A stretch of DNA of 55,350 nt from Dehalococcoidia bacterium (lineage in GTDB: Bacteria; Chloroflexota; Dehalococcoidia; GIF9; AB-539-J10), in NCBI GenBank assembly GCA_030605765.1, contig JAUWHP010000045.1, positions 1-55,350 on the forward strand, in the 5' to 3' direction. This document shows positions 53,614 to 55,350 of this stretch, in pieces. A program made the translations under genes and the position numbers. The notes beneath the pieces were generated by a model. The model was given only the letters and a program-made list of their open reading frames with translations, ran no database searches and had not been told where the DNA came from. Within the stretch, counting starts at the first letter, position 1. The number at the start of each line of letters is the position of its first letter.

Positions 53614-54672
53614 ATGCAAAATCTGCCCCGGCGGAGGATAGCTTTTCTGGGCATTATTATCGCCCTCATAGCTGTAATTCTAGTTTCCACTGCAAGTATA
53701 GGCTGTAAAGAAGATAGATATCACCAATTGCAGCAGATAGCTAAGCCCTACGCCTTTGATTTTGTTTCCTGGGAGCTGCACGCACTGTCCTCCCTACCAA
53801 AGGAAATGTTCTGTAAAGAAGGTAAAGCCAGTCAAGAAACAATGCTGCGTAGCCAAATCAAGAATGTATTGACAGATAATGCCATATCCGCGTTTCCACC
53901 CATCATCTTTAAACTGGAAAAACCACCTCATCTGCTGGTGGTATCCCCGCGAGAGAAGATAGTTTATTTGGACAGGATGATGCTGCGACAGGAGCTCAGC
54001 GTGGAGGAGATGGAGAGGCTTGAGGTTCAGATTGACGAGTTAGGCTTCTCATCCCTTGTTGTGAAGCTTGGAGGCCTCGGAGCTACTTACCCACCAATAG
54101 TCGGTGACAATATGGCTCTGCCCTACACCATCAATACGGCAGTGGAGGAATGGCTTCACCAGTACCTTGCCTTTAGACCGCTTGGGTTTCTCTACCTGCT
54201 TGACTCAGTTGGCATCAAACGGAACCCTGATGTGGTAACTATGAACGAAACTCTGGCTGGCATCATTAGCAAAGAAATCGGCGCCCAGGTGTACGCAAGA
54301 TACTACAAGAATCAGGAAGAGGCTAAGCTAAGCCCTGATACTCTGGAGTTCGATTTTGACGCTGAAATGAGAGAGACCCGCAAAACTGTGGATTGCTACC
54401 TTTCTCAGGGAAAGATTGAGGAGGCGGAGCGCTACATGGAGGAGCGAAGAAAGGAATTCGTAGCACATGGTTACTACATCAGGAAACTGAACCAGGCCTA
54501 CTTCGCCTTCCACGGCATCTATGGCCAGGACCCAGCTTCGGTTAGCCCAGTCTATAGAGATCTGGAGCAACTCAGGGCTCAAAGCCCTTCACTCAAATAT
54601 TTCCTGGATGAGGTAGCTTCGATGAGGAACTATGCCGAGCTAACAGAAGCATTGGAGGAATTCAAAGAATAG
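53614..54672 (+). CDS. Conserved-looking hypothetical exported protein with zincin-like motif
   Basis: Signal/lipobox-like SIGC, GGLGATYP, EEWLH...NET, YIRKLNQAYFAFHG. The 53548 start is unlikely because it abuts TATAAT. Confidence 0.7.
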   Translation: MQNLPRRRIAFLGIIIALIAVILVSTASIGCKEDRYHQLQQIAKPYAFDFVSWELHALSSLPKEMFCKEGKASQETMLRSQIKNVLTDNAISAFPPIIFKLEKPPHLLVVSPREKIVYLDRMMLRQELSVEEMERLEVQIDELGFSSLVVKLGGLGATYPPIVGDNMALPYTINTAVEEWLHQYLAFRPLGFLYLLDSVGIKRNPDVVTMNETLAGIISKEIGAQVYARYYKNQEEAKLSPDTLEFDFDAEMRETRKTVDCYLSQGKIEEAERYMEERRKEFVAHGYYIRKLNQAYFAFHGIYGQDPASVSPVYRDLEQLRAQSPSLKYFLDEVASMRNYAELTEALEEFKE

Positions 54673-54678
54673 TTCATA

Positions 54679-54722
54679 CCATCTCCATCCTTTGAAGCGA
54701 CGAAGGCAATTAAGAGTGAGGC
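54679..54722. repeat. Intergenic copy of the element found inside polA
   Basis: CCATCTCCATCCTTTGAAGCGACGAAGGCAATTAAGAGTGAGGC versus polA CCCCCTCCCTTGAAGGGAAAGGTATTAAGAGTGAGGC. Confidence 0.6.
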
Positions 54723-55207
54723 AACACGGGTATTATGTCTATACTGGTGGCATCTCGATGATATTCTAGCTGGTAGGTGAAAATGACCAAATATATGGTA
54801 TCATATCGTCCAGGGCGAACTCAGCGGCAAAACCAGCACTTTTTCAGTGCCCTCATCGTAATATTTATTCGCAGATTATACCGTTCTTCTCTCAATGCAT
54901 TATTTAGTAGAGCTAGCAATCAGAGTAACAACAATCTATGGGGGAATTACAGCAGGCTTCATCCTGCAAAGATGGTCCAACGCTGACAAAGCAGGAAAAT
55001 GGCTATCCGAGTCAGAACAGGTCTTTCCAACCCTGAAAAAGGGGCTGAAATCATTGCTCTCACTTTATTGAACTTGGGCTACTATTGTGGTGGAAATCAA
55101 TCGGATAGATGAGCTCTTTGCCAAAGCCCGGGGTTCTTTCCTATAATAGTTGCGCAAATGTTGTTAATTGAAGCAATCACCCTATCAACATCAGATAGGG
55201 GCAAGCA

Positions 55208-55350
55208 ATGAAAGTGGTAGCAATTGTTGGTATGGCAGGTGCGGGCAAATCGGAAGTAGCCAGAATATTTGAGAAAAGTGGCTTCAGGAAAGTTCGCTTT
55301 GGAGATATTACAGAGGAGGAAATCGAGAACAGGGGACTTGAACTGGATGA
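55208..55350 (+). CDS. P-loop nucleotide kinase (UPF0200 / dephospho-CoA kinase-like), partial
   Basis: MKVVAIVGMAGAGKSEVARIFEKSGFRKVRFGDIT...; runs off the window. Confidence 0.75.
   Translation, partial: MKVVAIVGMAGAGKSEVARIFEKSGFRKVRFGDITEEEIENRGLELD

Noticed and set aside
1-55350. CRISPR array, prophage, IS element, reductive dehalogenase
   Set aside because: No regularly spaced repeats, and no integrase, transposase, phage or RdhA motifs seen.

Overview
Bacterial chromosomal window, most consistent with an anaerobic Dehalococcoidia (Chloroflexota) genome; this is inferred from the gene content (Asp-box S-layer-like protein, AroK-AroB fusion, split transketolase, NarL-type two-component system). 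It is mainly housekeeping and metabolism: an S-layer-like gene with a long structured leader; aspS-tig-clpP; alaS-ruvX-aroE-sppA-aroC-aroKB; mscS, holA and ychF; a sugar/osmolyte cluster (otsA-otsB-treT, NDP-sugar pyrophosphorylase, GH38 mannosidase); gdh-hisF-gdh; ccdA-tlpA; transketolase; amidohydrolase-thpR-polA; nfnAB; mutM; a two-component system; and a NuoE/NuoF/(GltD+NuoG-like) operon with the architecture of the Sporomusa-type transhydrogenase Stn. I found no CRISPR array, rRNA, tRNA, transposase or phage gene. Most notable: (1) several families of short palindromic or periodic repeats sit in frame inside core genes (aspS, aroKB, aroC, aroE, polA), with free intergenic relatives for at least one family, as with Rickettsia palindromic elements; (2) NfnAB and a Stn-like complex lie about 5 kb apart, with a decayed ferredoxin-domain copy inside the latter operon; (3) an orphan hisF sits between a canonical GDH and a GDH with a catalytic Asp->Glu change; (4) two trehalose routes are linked to mannose-handling enzymes. 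All calls come from reading motifs by eye; no database searches or folding programs were run.
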